In this document: positions 19,934-29,974 of the stretch, in pieces | Numbering within the stretch: the first letter of the stretch is position 1 | Layout: the number at the start of each line of letters is the position of its first letter | From: a bacterium | GTDB taxonomy: Bacteria; J088; JAWLBW01 | Direction of reading: 5' to 3' | NCBI GenBank assembly: GCA_041690355.1 | Contig: JAWLHK010000015.1 | Location: forward strand, 1-64,000 | DNA length: 64,000 nt | The notes under the pieces: generated by a model | What the model was told of the DNA's origin: nothing | Databases searched by the model: none | What the model saw: the letters and a program-made list of their open reading frames with translations, nothing else | Position numbers and translations under genes: made by a program

Positions 19934-21202
19934 ATGCAGGGGTTATCCATGACGCCGACCGAATCCAGCACCCGCCGCCCCACCGTCGACGAAGTCTCGT
20001 TCGCCGCGCTCTACCGCAAATCGGAGTATCCGGTCGACACCGGCGACGGCTGGCGGCTCATGATCACCCGCTACGAACCGGTGCGCCAGTCCTTCGACCA
20101 GCCGCTGTTCATGCAGCCGATCATGCTCGTGCACGGCTTCACCCAGAACCGTCACTGCTGGAGCGCGGGCGAGTTCGTCAAGAACCTGCTCTACTTCGGC
20201 TTCGACGTGCACATCGTGGAACTGCGCGGGCATGGCCGCAGCTCGCGCAAGCTGCAGTTCGACCTGCAGAAACGCGAGGGGCGACCCCTGCCGGCCGACA
20301 TCGACTTTGACTGGGACCTCGATTCCTATTTCCTCTACGACCTGCCGGCGACCGTGGCCGCGGTCAAGAAGACGACCGGATTCGAGAAGGTCTTCTACTG
20401 CGGCCACAGCATGGGGGGCATGCTGGCCTACGGCTACGCGGGGCTGCACGACGACTTCAAGGGGATCATCACGATCGGTTCGCCCAGTCAGCTCGGCAAG
20501 GGATTTCTCCCGATTCGCCTCGTGGCCGAAGCCGACCGGCTCACCCCGGTCGCCCTCGAGGGGCTCGCCGTGGCCGACCGCGTGCGCCAGGCGCTCGGCA
20601 ACCGTAAGCGGCGCAAGACCGAGGCACTCAAGATTCGCTACCTGCCGTTCGACTTCCTGCTGCGCGTCTGGGGAAATCTGTTTTCGGGCGAAGGGCGCAT
20701 GGGGATGAACTGGGTGAACGCGCGCCTGCGTTTTCTCTACAATCCCGACCGTACGCCGTCGGAGGCGATCTTCTGGCTGCTCACGTGGGGCGGCGAGAAA
20801 GAGCCGCTCAAGGTGACGCGGCAGTTCGCGCGCTGGATTCGCGAGGGGGCGCTGATCTGTTACCGCACCGGCTACCGGTTCAGCACCAACTTCTCGCGCA
20901 TCGACGTGCCCATGGCCATCATTTTCGGCGACGAAGATCGGCTGGCCAACCTGGCGAGCACGCAGCAGATCTATCGGGCCGTGAACTCCGAGTACCTGCT
21001 CTGGCGCCCCGTGCGCGGCAACTCGCACATGGAGCTCACGATGGGGCACGATATCCGCCAGATCTGCTACGACATCAAGAACCTGGCGGAATATGCCGTG
21101 ACCCACGAAGCCCGCACCCCTTCGCTCCCCAAGCGTGAGGGCGAACCGGTGCGCACCGACGCGGCGAGCCGGCGCGTGCGGCGCCTGCGCATCGTGCGCT
21201 GA
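19934..21202 (+). CDS. alpha/beta hydrolase (lipase/esterase-like)
   Basis: LVHGF, GHSMGG nucleophile elbow, GDEDRLA, SHMEL. Confidence 0.85.
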   Translation: MQGLSMTPTESSTRRPTVDEVSFAALYRKSEYPVDTGDGWRLMITRYEPVRQSFDQPLFMQPIMLVHGFTQNRHCWSAGEFVKNLLYFGFDVHIVELRGHGRSSRKLQFDLQKREGRPLPADIDFDWDLDSYFLYDLPATVAAVKKTTGFEKVFYCGHSMGGMLAYGYAGLHDDFKGIITIGSPSQLGKGFLPIRLVAEADRLTPVALEGLAVADRVRQALGNRKRRKTEALKIRYLPFDFLLRVWGNLFSGEGRMGMNWVNARLRFLYNPDRTPSEAIFWLLTWGGEKEPLKVTRQFARWIREGALICYRTGYRFSTNFSRIDVPMAIIFGDEDRLANLASTQQIYRAVNSEYLLWRPVRGNSHMELTMGHDIRQICYDIKNLAEYAVTHEARTPSLPKREGEPVRTDAASRRVRRLRIVR

Positions 21203-21236
21203 ACCCGTCGTTCCGGCCTCGCGCCGGACGGTTCCA

Positions 21237-22178
21237 TCAACTCAGGGCTGTTTCGACCGCGGGGGCCGTCTCGGGTGCCGGCGCCGACTCTCCGTGCCAG
21301 CGGCGCAGAAAGCGCTCGTACGACACGTTGAACTCTGCCCCCAGCAGCACGGCCAGCGACGTCAGGTACATCCAGATGAGCAGCAGGATGGCGCCGGCCA
21401 GCGTGCCGTAGGTGGCGTTGAGCTGGCCGAACCGTTCCACATAGAGGCTGAAGCCGAACGACATCGTCAGCCACATGAGGGTGGCGAACAGGGCCCCCGG
21501 CCAGACGGGATAGTGCCACTCGCGGCGGCTCACGTCGGGCCCGACCCGGTAGAGCAGGGCGAGCACCGGCGTGATCATGATGATGCCGAGGGGAAAACGG
21601 ATGGCGCGGAAGAGGAGCACGAAGGCGTCGCCCAGGCCGACGACGTCGAAAACCCGCGCCAGCAGCGGGGCGAAGGCGACGCTCAGAAACGCGGCCACCA
21701 TGACGCCCCCCGTGCAGAGCACGAGCAGCACCCCGAGCAGGCGGGTGCGCACCCAGCCGCGGCGGTCGGGGGCTCCGTAGGCAACAATGGTCCCCTTCAC
21801 ATAGGTGGCGAAGACCCCCGAGGCGGGCCAGAGCAGAAAGAGCAGCGAGAGCGAGATGTCGCGGTGCGGGTTCAGCGGACGCAGCCGCACGAGGGCTTCC
21901 TGAATCGTCTGCACGGTCACGGCGGGCATGAGCCGCGAGAGAAACTCGATGAAGCCGCCGCTCAGGGTCGGGTCCTGCCCGAGCAGCCCCATGGCGATGA
22001 CGAGCAGCAGCAGGGCGGGAAACAGCGCCAGCGCGAACGAAAAGGCCGCTTCGGCCGCGTGCGAAAAACTGTCGTGCCGCCAGAGGGCGCGCCCGGTCTC
22101 AATGAACAGGCGCACGGCGGCCCGCGCACGGCGGGTGCGGAAGTGTCGGACGACGGTCTCTTCTTCGAGCAGATCCAT
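21237..22178 (-). CDS. YihY/BrkB family membrane protein
   Basis: AAEAAFSFALALFP, WPGALFAT, YGTLAGAILLLIWMY..GAEFN. Confidence 0.9.
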   Translation of the reverse strand: MDLLEEETVVRHFRTRRARAAVRLFIETGRALWRHDSFSHAAEAAFSFALALFPALLLLVIAMGLLGQDPTLSGGFIEFLSRLMPAVTVQTIQEALVRLRPLNPHRDISLSLLFLLWPASGVFATYVKGTIVAYGAPDRRGWVRTRLLGVLLVLCTGGVMVAAFLSVAFAPLLARVFDVVGLGDAFVLLFRAIRFPLGIIMITPVLALLYRVGPDVSRREWHYPVWPGALFATLMWLTMSFGFSLYVERFGQLNATYGTLAGAILLLIWMYLTSLAVLLGAEFNVSYERFLRRWHGESAPAPETAPAVETALS

Positions 22179-22319
22179 GGAATTGCGATGATCCGGTCGC
22201 CGCAACGCAAAGCAGAGCCCGGAAATCCAATCTATCGCAAACCCCTGTTTTCCTCCACAAAATCTATCGCCCCCGGCGAATCGAGCGCCTCGCAACGCTA
22301 TCGCCCGCACGCCGGTCGG

Positions 22320-23168
22320 TCAGGCTGTACCCCGGGTCCGGCGCAGCCAGCGCGCGAACGAGGCGTTGAACTCGGCCCCGGCCACGACGGTGAGCGAAGT
22401 CAGGTACATCCAGAGCAGGAGAATGATCAGGCTGCCGAGGGCGCCGTAGGTCTTGTTGTAGTTGGCGAACTCCCTGAGGTAGTAGGAGAACAGGCTCGAC
22501 ACGGTGATCCAGAGAAAGGTCGCCACCATGGCGCCGGGCACGATCTGCGAGCGGGGATGGTCGCGGCAATCGGGTCCGAAGCGGTAGACCAGCACGAAGA
22601 GGGGGGTGACGAGCAGAATGGCGAGCGGATAGCGCAGGATCTCGACCACGGTCACCCAGACGTGCCTGAGGCCGAGCCCGGTGGCCAGTTCGGCCGCGAG
22701 GGGCGCCACGATCACTCCGAGAAAGGCCAGGATGCCGAACACGGTGGTGAGCAGAACGAGGCCGATGGCGATCAGGCGGTTCTTCCAGAACGGCCGGCGG
22801 TTGGGGGCCTCATAGGCGCGCATGGTCGCCTTGATGAAGGCGGCGAAGACCCGCGACGCGGGCAGCAGAACGAGCGCCAGGCTGGCGATGAGCTGCAGCT
22901 CCAGGTGCGCTTCGCCGAGGTTGCGGATGTAGTCGGTGATGAGGCGCTTCGATTCGAGCGGCAGAAAGGGGTCGAGAAAGAGCACCAGCCGCTCGCGGAA
23001 CCCCGGATCGCGCGTGATGATGCCGAACAGGGTGACGAGAAAGAGCAGGAGGGGAAACAGGCTGAAGGCGAAGTTGAACGCGGCCTCGGAGGCGAGGCCG
23101 TTGCCGTCGTCGCGGCGCCAGCCGCGGGCGGCGTCGTGCAGTACCCAGGCGAGATCGCGCAAGCGCAT
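22320..23168 (-). CDS. YihY/BrkB family membrane protein (tandem paralog)
   Basis: ASEAAFNFAFSLFP, YNKTYGALGSLIILLLWMY..GAEFN. Confidence 0.9.
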   Translation of the reverse strand: MRLRDLAWVLHDAARGWRRDDGNGLASEAAFNFAFSLFPLLLFLVTLFGIITRDPGFRERLVLFLDPFLPLESKRLITDYIRNLGEAHLELQLIASLALVLLPASRVFAAFIKATMRAYEAPNRRPFWKNRLIAIGLVLLTTVFGILAFLGVIVAPLAAELATGLGLRHVWVTVVEILRYPLAILLVTPLFVLVYRFGPDCRDHPRSQIVPGAMVATFLWITVSSLFSYYLREFANYNKTYGALGSLIILLLWMYLTSLTVVAGAEFNASFARWLRRTRGTA

Positions 23169-23222
23169 GCCAGCTCCCGTTGTGCCCGGCACGCCGCTCC
23201 GTTTACAATGCGGTATCGGGCC

Positions 23223-23705
23223 ATGCGCATCGTTACCCTGCTTTTCGCCATCCTGCTTTGTTCCGCCTCGTCGGCCGGGGCCGACGTCCTGTTTCGCTTC
23301 GGCTACGGTTCGCACGAAGATCGCGACGGCGACTCCCGGCCGGTGGTGAGCCTGGATGCCCGCTACCGCGCGGGCACGCCGGTCTCGGTGGGCCTCGGCG
23401 GGGCATGGATGGACGACTCGGGCGGCGCGCCCGCATACACCCAGTATCGCATCGAAGCGGGGGCCGACTACCACTTCGGCGGCTGGTGTCTGCTGCCGCT
23501 CGAAATCGTGCCCGGATTCGGCGTAGAATACGTCCTGCGCCGCGGTGGCCCCGACCCGGACGAGGCGGTGGGCGTGTTCGGCCACGCCCTGGGCATGGTC
23601 ACCCTGTTTCCGGCCCTCTCGGCCGGCGGCCGTTTCCGCATCGGGTGGAACTCGATGACCTCCCGCAGCGAAGAGCTCGCCGTGGTGGTCCAGGTGCGCC
23701 TCTGA
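23223..23705 (+). CDS. small secreted protein, probable outer-membrane beta-barrel
   Basis: Signal peptide then alternating amphipathic strands; ends VVVQVRL. Confidence 0.6.
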   Translation: MRIVTLLFAILLCSASSAGADVLFRFGYGSHEDRDGDSRPVVSLDARYRAGTPVSVGLGGAWMDDSGGAPAYTQYRIEAGADYHFGGWCLLPLEIVPGFGVEYVLRRGGPDPDEAVGVFGHALGMVTLFPALSAGGRFRIGWNSMTSRSEELAVVVQVRL

Positions 23706-23953
23706 ACGATTGACGAATTACGATTGACGATTGACGATTTCCCCGAGGGTCGCGGTCCCCACCTTGGCGCCTGATGGAATCAGGGCTCCCCCGGGGGAGC
23801 ACTCAGTGTACGCCGTGCCTGCTGACCCGCAGTCGCGGCCCCCACCTTGCGGAACCATTGGCGCAAGGCTCCCCGAGGGGAGCATCCTGTGAGTACCGTG
23901 CCTGCTCGTCGCTCTTGTTTCAAATCGTCAATCGTAAATTGTCAATCGTCAAT
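23706..23953. repeat. inverted (GACGATT)n arrays enclosing two REP-like unit A variants
   Basis: 23706..23740 and 23921..23953 are imperfect reverse complements; GCTCCCC..GGGGAGC hairpins at ~23785 and ~23868. Confidence 0.8.
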
Positions 23954-24685
23954 TCACGCGACGTCTTTTTTCGGCGGTTCCGCCGGAGCCGGCTTGCGGG
24001 GGGCGCGGCGGGTGATTCCCCCCAGGAGGGTGTCTTCGCCGGCGTTGTCGGGATTCACGATGCCGCCCGAGATGATGACCTTGAAGGCGTCTTCGACGCT
24101 CATGCGCAGGGGAACGATCTCGTCGTCCGGCACGATGAGCAGAAAGCCGCTCGTCGGGTTCGGCGACGTCGGCACGAAGACGTGCAGAACCCGCTTGTGG
24201 GTGAAATCCTGAATCTCACCCTGCGCCGCCCCGGTCAGAAAGCCGATGGAATAGATCCCCTTGCGCGGATACTCGATCAGCACGACCTTGCGGAAGTTCT
24301 GGCCGCTCGAGACGAACGTGTGCAGCGTCTGCTTGACCGTCTTGTAGAGGCCGCGCACGACCGGGATGCTGCTCATGGCCCGGTCGCCGGCGTCGTAGGC
24401 ATAGCGCCCCATGACGTTGCTCATGAAGGCGCCGACCCCGAGCACGAGCACGAACGTGATGACCGCGCCCACGCCCGGGATGGGCACGTAGGTCTGCGGC
24501 CGGTACGTCTCGGGAATGCCCGCAAAGAAGCCGTCCACGAAATCGAGCACCCCCATCAGCACCCAGATGGTGATGAAGGCGGGCACGATGACCAGCAGGC
24601 CGGTCAGAAACCAGCGCTTGAGCCGGGCCTGGGCGCTTTCGCGCTGGGGAACTTCGGCGGAAGACGGTGCGTCCATAGTCCTCAA
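23954..24685 (-). CDS. DUF502 membrane protein
   Basis: FLTGLLVIVP, IPVVRGLY, VLIEYPRKG, FVPTSPNPTSGF. Confidence 0.9.
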   Translation of the reverse strand: MRTMDAPSSAEVPQRESAQARLKRWFLTGLLVIVPAFITIWVLMGVLDFVDGFFAGIPETYRPQTYVPIPGVGAVITFVLVLGVGAFMSNVMGRYAYDAGDRAMSSIPVVRGLYKTVKQTLHTFVSSGQNFRKVVLIEYPRKGIYSIGFLTGAAQGEIQDFTHKRVLHVFVPTSPNPTSGFLLIVPDDEIVPLRMSVEDAFKVIISGGIVNPDNAGEDTLLGGITRRAPRKPAPAEPPKKDVA

Positions 24686-24695
24686 AAGCGGTCGT

Positions 24696-25070
24696 TCAAA
24701 CGACCGCGTGCAGATGACCGAGCGGAACCATTTCGTTCTTTTCGTCGACGAAAACGATGCGCGGCTTGTGGCGTTCGACTTCGGCCTGGTCGAGCTGGCA
24801 GTAGCTGACGATGATGACCAGGTCGCCCTTGTGCACGAGCCGGGCGGCCGCGCCGTTCAGGCAGATCTCGCCGCTGCCGCGCGGCCCTTCGATGACGTAG
24901 GTCTCGAAGCGGGCGCCATTGTTGATGTCGAGTATGCCCACCTTCTCGAATTCCACCAGATCAGCCGCGTCCATGAGGTTGCGATCGATCGTGATGCTCC
25001 CTTCATAGTGAAGGTTGGCGTCGGTGACGGTGGCACGGTGGATCTTGCTCTTGAGCAGTTCACGTTGCAC
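24696..25070 (-). CDS. panD: aspartate 1-decarboxylase
   Basis: [40 protein letters not shown] start. Confidence 0.97.
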   Translation of the reverse strand: MQRELLKSKIHRATVTDANLHYEGSITIDRNLMDAADLVEFEKVGILDINNGARFETYVIEGPRGSGEICLNGAAARLVHKGDLVIIVSYCQLDQAEVERHKPRIVFVDEKNEMVPLGHLHAVV

Positions 25071-25953
25071 GGGTAACTCCTTCGTTGCGATCTGCCGGCC
25101 CGGAGGCAAGCGGGGCAACCAGCGTGAGGTTGTCGATGAGCCGGGTGGTGCCGATGCGCGCCGCAACGAGCATGACGGCAGTCTCCTCGAGAACGCCGAT
25201 GCGCGCCAGACTGCGCGGATCGACGAGATGAACGTAGTCGACCTGGGCGTCGACTTCGGACAGGCGGTGCAGGACGATGCCGATGAGCTCCTCCGCCGTG
25301 CGGAGGCCGCGGGCAACGGCTGCTTCTGCTTCCCGGAGGCCGCGGGAGAGGGCGAGTGCCCGATCCCGTTCCCCGGGAGAAAGGTATTTGTTGCGGGAGC
25401 TGAGGGCGAGGCCGTCGGCTTCGCGCACGGTGGGCACGCCCACGATGCGGATGCCGAAGTTCAGATCGCGCTCGAGCTGCCGGATGACGGCGAGCTGCTG
25501 AAAGTCTTTCTCGCCGAAGAAGGCCATGTCGGGGCGCACGGCGTGAAAGAGCTTCGTCACGACGGTGGCCACGCCTCGGAAGTGTCCCGGGCGGTCGGCG
25601 CCGCAGTGATCCTGGCTCAGTTCGCTCACGTCGACCCAGGTCTGCGCCCCGGCCGGGTACATCTCGGCGACGGAGGGAAAGAAGACGGCGGCCACCCCCT
25701 CGCGGGTGCACAGGGCGCGGTCGCCCTCGGGGTTGCGCGGATACTTGTCGAAGTCTTCGGTCGGGCCGAACTGGGTCGGATTGACGAAGATGCTCACGAC
25801 GACCCGGTCGCATGCCTTGGCGGCTTCGCGCATGAGCTGGGCGTGCCCGTCGTGCAGAAAGCCCATCGTCGGCACGAAGCCGATGCGGTGCCCCGCCCGC
25901 CGCGCGGCGTCGCTCCAGGCCTGCATTTCTGCGATGGTTTCCAGAACGTGCAT
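25060..25953 (-). CDS. panC: pantoate--beta-alanine ligase
   Basis: [45 protein letters not shown]. Confidence 0.97.
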   Translation of the reverse strand: MHVLETIAEMQAWSDAARRAGHRIGFVPTMGFLHDGHAQLMREAAKACDRVVVSIFVNPTQFGPTEDFDKYPRNPEGDRALCTREGVAAVFFPSVAEMYPAGAQTWVDVSELSQDHCGADRPGHFRGVATVVTKLFHAVRPDMAFFGEKDFQQLAVIRQLERDLNFGIRIVGVPTVREADGLALSSRNKYLSPGERDRALALSRGLREAEAAVARGLRTAEELIGIVLHRLSEVDAQVDYVHLVDPRSLARIGVLEETAVMLVAARIGTTRLIDNLTLVAPLASGPADRNEGVTRAT

Positions 25954-25957
25954 CGGC

Positions 25958-26785
25958 TTACTTGTAGCTGTGCTCAGGGTCGGGAAAACGGCCGGCGCGC
26001 ACGTCGTCGATGAAGGCCGCCGTCGCGTCGCGGGTGGCCACCCCGAGTTCTGCATACCGTTTGACGAACCTGGGCGAGAGGTCGCCGAAGAGGCCCAGCA
26101 GGTCGTAGCAGACCAGCACCTGGCCGTCACAGTCGACCCCGGCGCCGATGCCGATGGTGGGCACCGAGACGGCCGCCGAGATTTCGCGCGCCAGCTCTGC
26201 CGGCAGCCCTTCGAGCACGAGCGAGAAGACTCCCGCTTCTTCGAGCAGGCGGGCGTCGCGCAGCAGCTGCGAGGCCTGGCCGGGGTCGCGCCCCTGCACC
26301 TTGTATCCGCCCATGCGGTGCACGCTCTGCGGGGTCAGTCCCAGATGCCCCATGACGGGAATGTCGGCGCCCACGAGCCGGCGCACCGCGTCGAGGATGG
26401 GCGCGGTAGCCCCTTCGACCTTCACGGCCTCGGCCCCCGCCTGCAGCAGGCGGCCGGCGTTGCGCAGGGCGTCTTCGGGCGAGACCTGGTAGCTGAGAAA
26501 CGGCATGTCGGCGACGAGAAACGCGCGCTTGCGTCCCCGGGCGACGGCCTGCACGTGGTAGGCCATCATGTCGACGGTGACCGTGAGGGTCGTGTCGTGG
26601 CCGCAGATGACGGTGCCGAGCGAATCGCCAACGAGCAGCATGTCTGCCCCGGCGTCATCGAGCAGGCGCGCGAAGGTGTAGTCGTACGCCGTGAGCACGA
26701 CGATCTTCTCGCGCCGCTCTTTCATGGCGCCGAAGTCGAGGATGGTGCGCTTGGCGCCTGTCGAACCGGCCGGACGTGCACTCAT
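25958..26785 (-). CDS. panB: 3-methyl-2-oxobutanoate hydroxymethyltransferase
   Basis: [38 protein letters not shown]. Confidence 0.97.
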   Translation of the reverse strand: MSARPAGSTGAKRTILDFGAMKERREKIVVLTAYDYTFARLLDDAGADMLLVGDSLGTVICGHDTTLTVTVDMMAYHVQAVARGRKRAFLVADMPFLSYQVSPEDALRNAGRLLQAGAEAVKVEGATAPILDAVRRLVGADIPVMGHLGLTPQSVHRMGGYKVQGRDPGQASQLLRDARLLEEAGVFSLVLEGLPAELAREISAAVSVPTIGIGAGVDCDGQVLVCYDLLGLFGDLSPRFVKRYAELGVATRDATAAFIDDVRAGRFPDPEHSYK

Positions 26786-26800
26786 GGCAACCCTGCGGTA

Positions 26801-26836
26801 CGAAAAAACCCTCGCCTGGAGAAGGGAGGGTTTTCG
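26801..26836 (-). terminator. terminator-like hairpin in the panB leader
   Basis: Minus strand AAAACCCTC...GAGGGTTTTTT just upstream of the panB start. Confidence 0.55.
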
Positions 26837-26876
26837 GCACACGCAAGGCGGGGCCACCGCTTGCGGCTTGCGTCAC

Positions 26877-26912
26877 CCGTCCCGGTCTGCCCACCTCGGC
26901 AGCTCCAAGCGG
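26877..26912 (-). ncRNA. pan RNA motif-like cis-regulatory hairpin
   Basis: CCGCTTGGAGCTGCC-GAGGTG-GGCAGACCGGGACGG bulged stem directly upstream of panBCD. Confidence 0.65.
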
Positions 26913-27071
26913 TATCGTATCGACTCCTGCGGCTCCATCGGCGGTTGGACCTCGTCTCGCGGGTATCCTCCGCAGCCGACTGGGAATCGATGTTCGTTCG
27001 ACGTTAAGGGTATCAGGATTGTAATTGTTCTGTCAAACGGCCGGTCGGCAACCAGAGCGGCTGGGGGAATT

Positions 27072-27215
27072 ACGAGTGGCGAGTGACGAGTGACGAGTGA
27101 CGAATTTTTCAGCAAGGGACACGGGAACCGATGGCGGGTTCGTGTCTCCTCGGCGCTCGGCGCTTGGCACTTGGTGCTCGGTGCTTGGCGCTTGGCGCTC
27201 AGTGCCTGGCGCTCG
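27072..27215. repeat. heptamer arrays (GACGAGT)n and (TGGCGCT)n
   Basis: Tandem 7-mers; similar composite at 52112..52208. Confidence 0.85.
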
Positions 27216-27296
27216 GAATTTTCCGCGTCCCCAGCGACCAGTGCCCAAGTTTTACCTGAGATATCAGCTGGTAGTCTGCTGAAATCAAAGGGTTTT

Positions 27297-27659
27297 CTAG
27301 TTTTCCACGGGAAGCAGCTGCTCGACCCGGTCGTCCTTGACGTACATGACGACGCCGTTCGAGAGATAGATCTCGGCGCGCAGGGTGACCCGCTCGGTAT
27401 AGGGGCGGCGGAAGAGGAGAAAGTCGCGCTCGACCGGTCGCGTATACTGCACCGCGTAGACGAACAGATCCGGCTTCGTAACGTATGGTGTGCCCAGCAG
27501 GGCGACCACCTCGCCGGCCGTCGTCTTCTGCCGCTCGATGGCAGAGACCTTGGTTTCGGGGAACACGGATCCCTGTGCGACCGTCCAGTCGCCCCCCGGC
27601 CGCGTGCATGCAGCCGAAGCCAGACCCAGGGTGAGCAGAAAAGAGAACCGGAGACTCAT
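27297..27659 (-). CDS. small lipoprotein (BamE/SmpA-like)
   Basis: Lipobox SAAC; TTAGEVVALLGTP motif. Confidence 0.6.
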   Translation of the reverse strand: MSLRFSFLLTLGLASAACTRPGGDWTVAQGSVFPETKVSAIERQKTTAGEVVALLGTPYVTKPDLFVYAVQYTRPVERDFLLFRRPYTERVTLRAEIYLSNGVVMYVKDDRVEQLLPVEN

Positions 27660-27750
27660 GGGGCTACAGGGTACCAGAGCCCGCACGGCAATTCATGACG
27701 TTGCGGCCGTCTTGCCGCATGTGCCCTGACTACGACGACCGGGGAGCCGG

Positions 27751-28431
27751 TTACAGGTTCGCTTCGAGGAAATCGGTCTCGCGAGCCTGCAAGGATTCGG
27801 CCTGGGCGAGAAAGCCCCGGTAGGCCGCATTCACGCGCCCCGAATAGATGCCGTACGGGCGAAAGCCCCGCGACATCTTCTCTTCGAGCAGGGTAGGCCC
27901 CATGTTGTAGGCGGCCAGGGCCAGGTCGAGGTTGCCGAAGCGCTCTTCGAGCCGGCGCAGGTAGAAGAGGCCGAGCTCCACATTCAGCTCGGGCTGGTGC
28001 AGGCTCTCGACCCCGCGCCAGGGGAGGCCCGCATCCCGGGCCAGCGCTTCGCCGACAAAGGGCATGATCTGCATGAGCCCCCTCGCTCCCACGCTGCTTA
28101 CGGCCCGGTTGTTGAACGAGCTCTCGGTGTCGATGAGTCCGGCGACAAAGAAGGGGTCGTACCCGTACTGGCGGCTCAAATCGACGATGAGGTAGGGGAG
28201 GGAGCCTTTTTCTTCAGGGGTGAGCGACGTGCGGTACGAACCGATGATTTCACGCAGCGCTTCAACCTCGAACTCGCGGCGCGGGTCTTCAGACACGAGC
28301 GGCGCCGGCATCTCGACCGCATCGCTGGCGCCGGCAGGCTCGTTCTGGAGCGCAGACATGATCCAGACGGCCCCCGAAAGGGAAGCCAGCCAGAACGTGA
28401 GCGTTCGCTTTCGCATGCGTGGCAGAGTCAT
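27751..28431 (-). CDS. lytic transglycosylase (SLT domain)
   Basis: TESSFNNRAVSSVGARGLMQIMP, ALAAYNMGP. Confidence 0.92.
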   Translation of the reverse strand: MTLPRMRKRTLTFWLASLSGAVWIMSALQNEPAGASDAVEMPAPLVSEDPRREFEVEALREIIGSYRTSLTPEEKGSLPYLIVDLSRQYGYDPFFVAGLIDTESSFNNRAVSSVGARGLMQIMPFVGEALARDAGLPWRGVESLHQPELNVELGLFYLRRLEERFGNLDLALAAYNMGPTLLEEKMSRGFRPYGIYSGRVNAAYRGFLAQAESLQARETDFLEANL

Positions 28432-28786
28432 CGTAAATTCCTCCTCCCCCTGCCCGGCGGCCACCGGCCGGCCGAGCCTTCACCTGAACTCAACGGTAGC
28501 ACCGACTGGATAATTTGTCAATGTGTTTTGCCGCGCCGCGTCGAGATCGCATAACGTGTTGAAAAGGCTGGGGAATATGCCGCGCGTGTTTTTGGATTCC
28601 CCCGCCGTTTCGGCCGGATTTCCGGTGGTGCGTCATGGGCGGGCGGCAGGGGCGGACGGGCAGGGGCAAGTGCTGAATCCATGATTGGCGGAAACGAGGG
28701 TTTCCGTCAAGGAAGGGGGCGGCGCGTCGGCCGTCGGGGCAGAAGTCGAACCGGTACGGCGGCCCGGCGCCCGCGGGAATTCCCCG

Positions 28787-28815
28787 CAAAAAAAAGCCCC
28801 GGGTTTCCCCGGGGC
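28787..28815 (-). terminator. intrinsic terminator after the SDR gene
   Basis: GCCCCGGG-GAAA-CCCGGGGC then T-run on minus strand. Confidence 0.8.
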
Positions 28816-28831
28816 ATCTGGTGAAGCCTGC

Positions 28832-29731
28832 TCAGCTCGCGAAGGGTGCCGCGGCGGCTTCCATCGCGCTCCCGAAGGGTCGCGCCTGCGACATGTCGTT
28901 GATTTCGGACCACTTGGCCACGATGTCTTCGGGGGTGATGTCCTTGGAGGTATCCAGGCGAACCCCCTTGCCCTCTTCGATCTGGACCCGGCTGTAGTAG
29001 CCGCCGCCCACTTCGTAGATAGCGCCGCTGTCGTTGAACTGCTCGCTGGCCAGGTAGGTGACCAGGGCCGAAACGTACTCGGGCTTGAGCATGGCGAGCA
29101 CGTCGGGCGGCATGACGGTCTCGGTCATGCGGCTGGCGGCGAGGGGGGCGATGGTCGCCACCTTGATGTTCTTGCGTTCGCCTTCGATTTTAATGGCGTT
29201 CGCAATACCCACGATGCCCAGCTTGGCGGCGGCGTAGTTGACCTGGCCGAAGTTGCCGTAGAGGCCGGCGGCCGAGGTCGTGAAGATATAGCGTCCGTAC
29301 TGCTTTTCCTGCATGTAGGGATAGGCGGCCTTCGAGACGAGGTACGAGCCGGTCAGGTGAACGGCAATGATCTTGTCCCAGTCTTCCTGCGTCATCTTGT
29401 GAAAGGAGATGTCGCGCAGAATGCCGGCGTTGTTGACGACGATGTCGATCTGGCCGAACGCGTCGATGGCCGTCTTGATCATGTTGGCCGCCCCTTCGGG
29501 CGACGACACGCTGTCATAGTTGGCCACGGCTTCGCCGCCCAGAGCCTTGATCTCGTCGACGACCTTGTCGGCGGCCGACTTGTCGGCCCCTTCGCCCTTG
29601 AACGAACCGCCGAGATCGTTGATGACGACCTTGGCGCCGCGCTTGGCGAAGGCGAGGGCATGCGAACGGCCGAGACCGCCGCCGGAACCGGTGATGAGGG
29701 CTACACGTCCATCGAGGCGAACTTCACTCAT
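28832..29731 (-). CDS. SDR oxidoreductase (MFE-2-like 3-hydroxyacyl-CoA dehydrogenase)
   Basis: TGSGGGLG, VINDLGG, NNAGILRD, GNFGQVNYAAAK. Confidence 0.9.
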   Translation of the reverse strand: MSEVRLDGRVALITGSGGGLGRSHALAFAKRGAKVVINDLGGSFKGEGADKSAADKVVDEIKALGGEAVANYDSVSSPEGAANMIKTAIDAFGQIDIVVNNAGILRDISFHKMTQEDWDKIIAVHLTGSYLVSKAAYPYMQEKQYGRYIFTTSAAGLYGNFGQVNYAAAKLGIVGIANAIKIEGERKNIKVATIAPLAASRMTETVMPPDVLAMLKPEYVSALVTYLASEQFNDSGAIYEVGGGYYSRVQIEEGKGVRLDTSKDITPEDIVAKWSEINDMSQARPFGSAMEAAAAPFAS

Positions 29732-29974
29732 ACGCTTGAGTCCTTACTTAAGGGTTGAATAACCGATTGGATTCCGCCATTGGGAACCGGCGGAGACAGC
29801 GTTGCGCGCCCCGCGGGAATGGAGAGCGACACGGCGCGTTACCGAAGAAAAGTACCAGATGTCGACTGAACGGTCAACCATCCGGTAGGCAACCCCCGAA
29901 GGTGCGCACTGGAGAGCGGAGCGTACAGGGGGTAAACTTAGGGAACCTTTTGCACGAACTCGTTTGGAGGTTTC

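Noticed and set aside
21135-23222. N-terminal ~700 aa of the 856-aa plus-strand ORF
   Set aside because: Antisense shadow of the two YihY genes; only the part from ATG 23223 looks like a real protein
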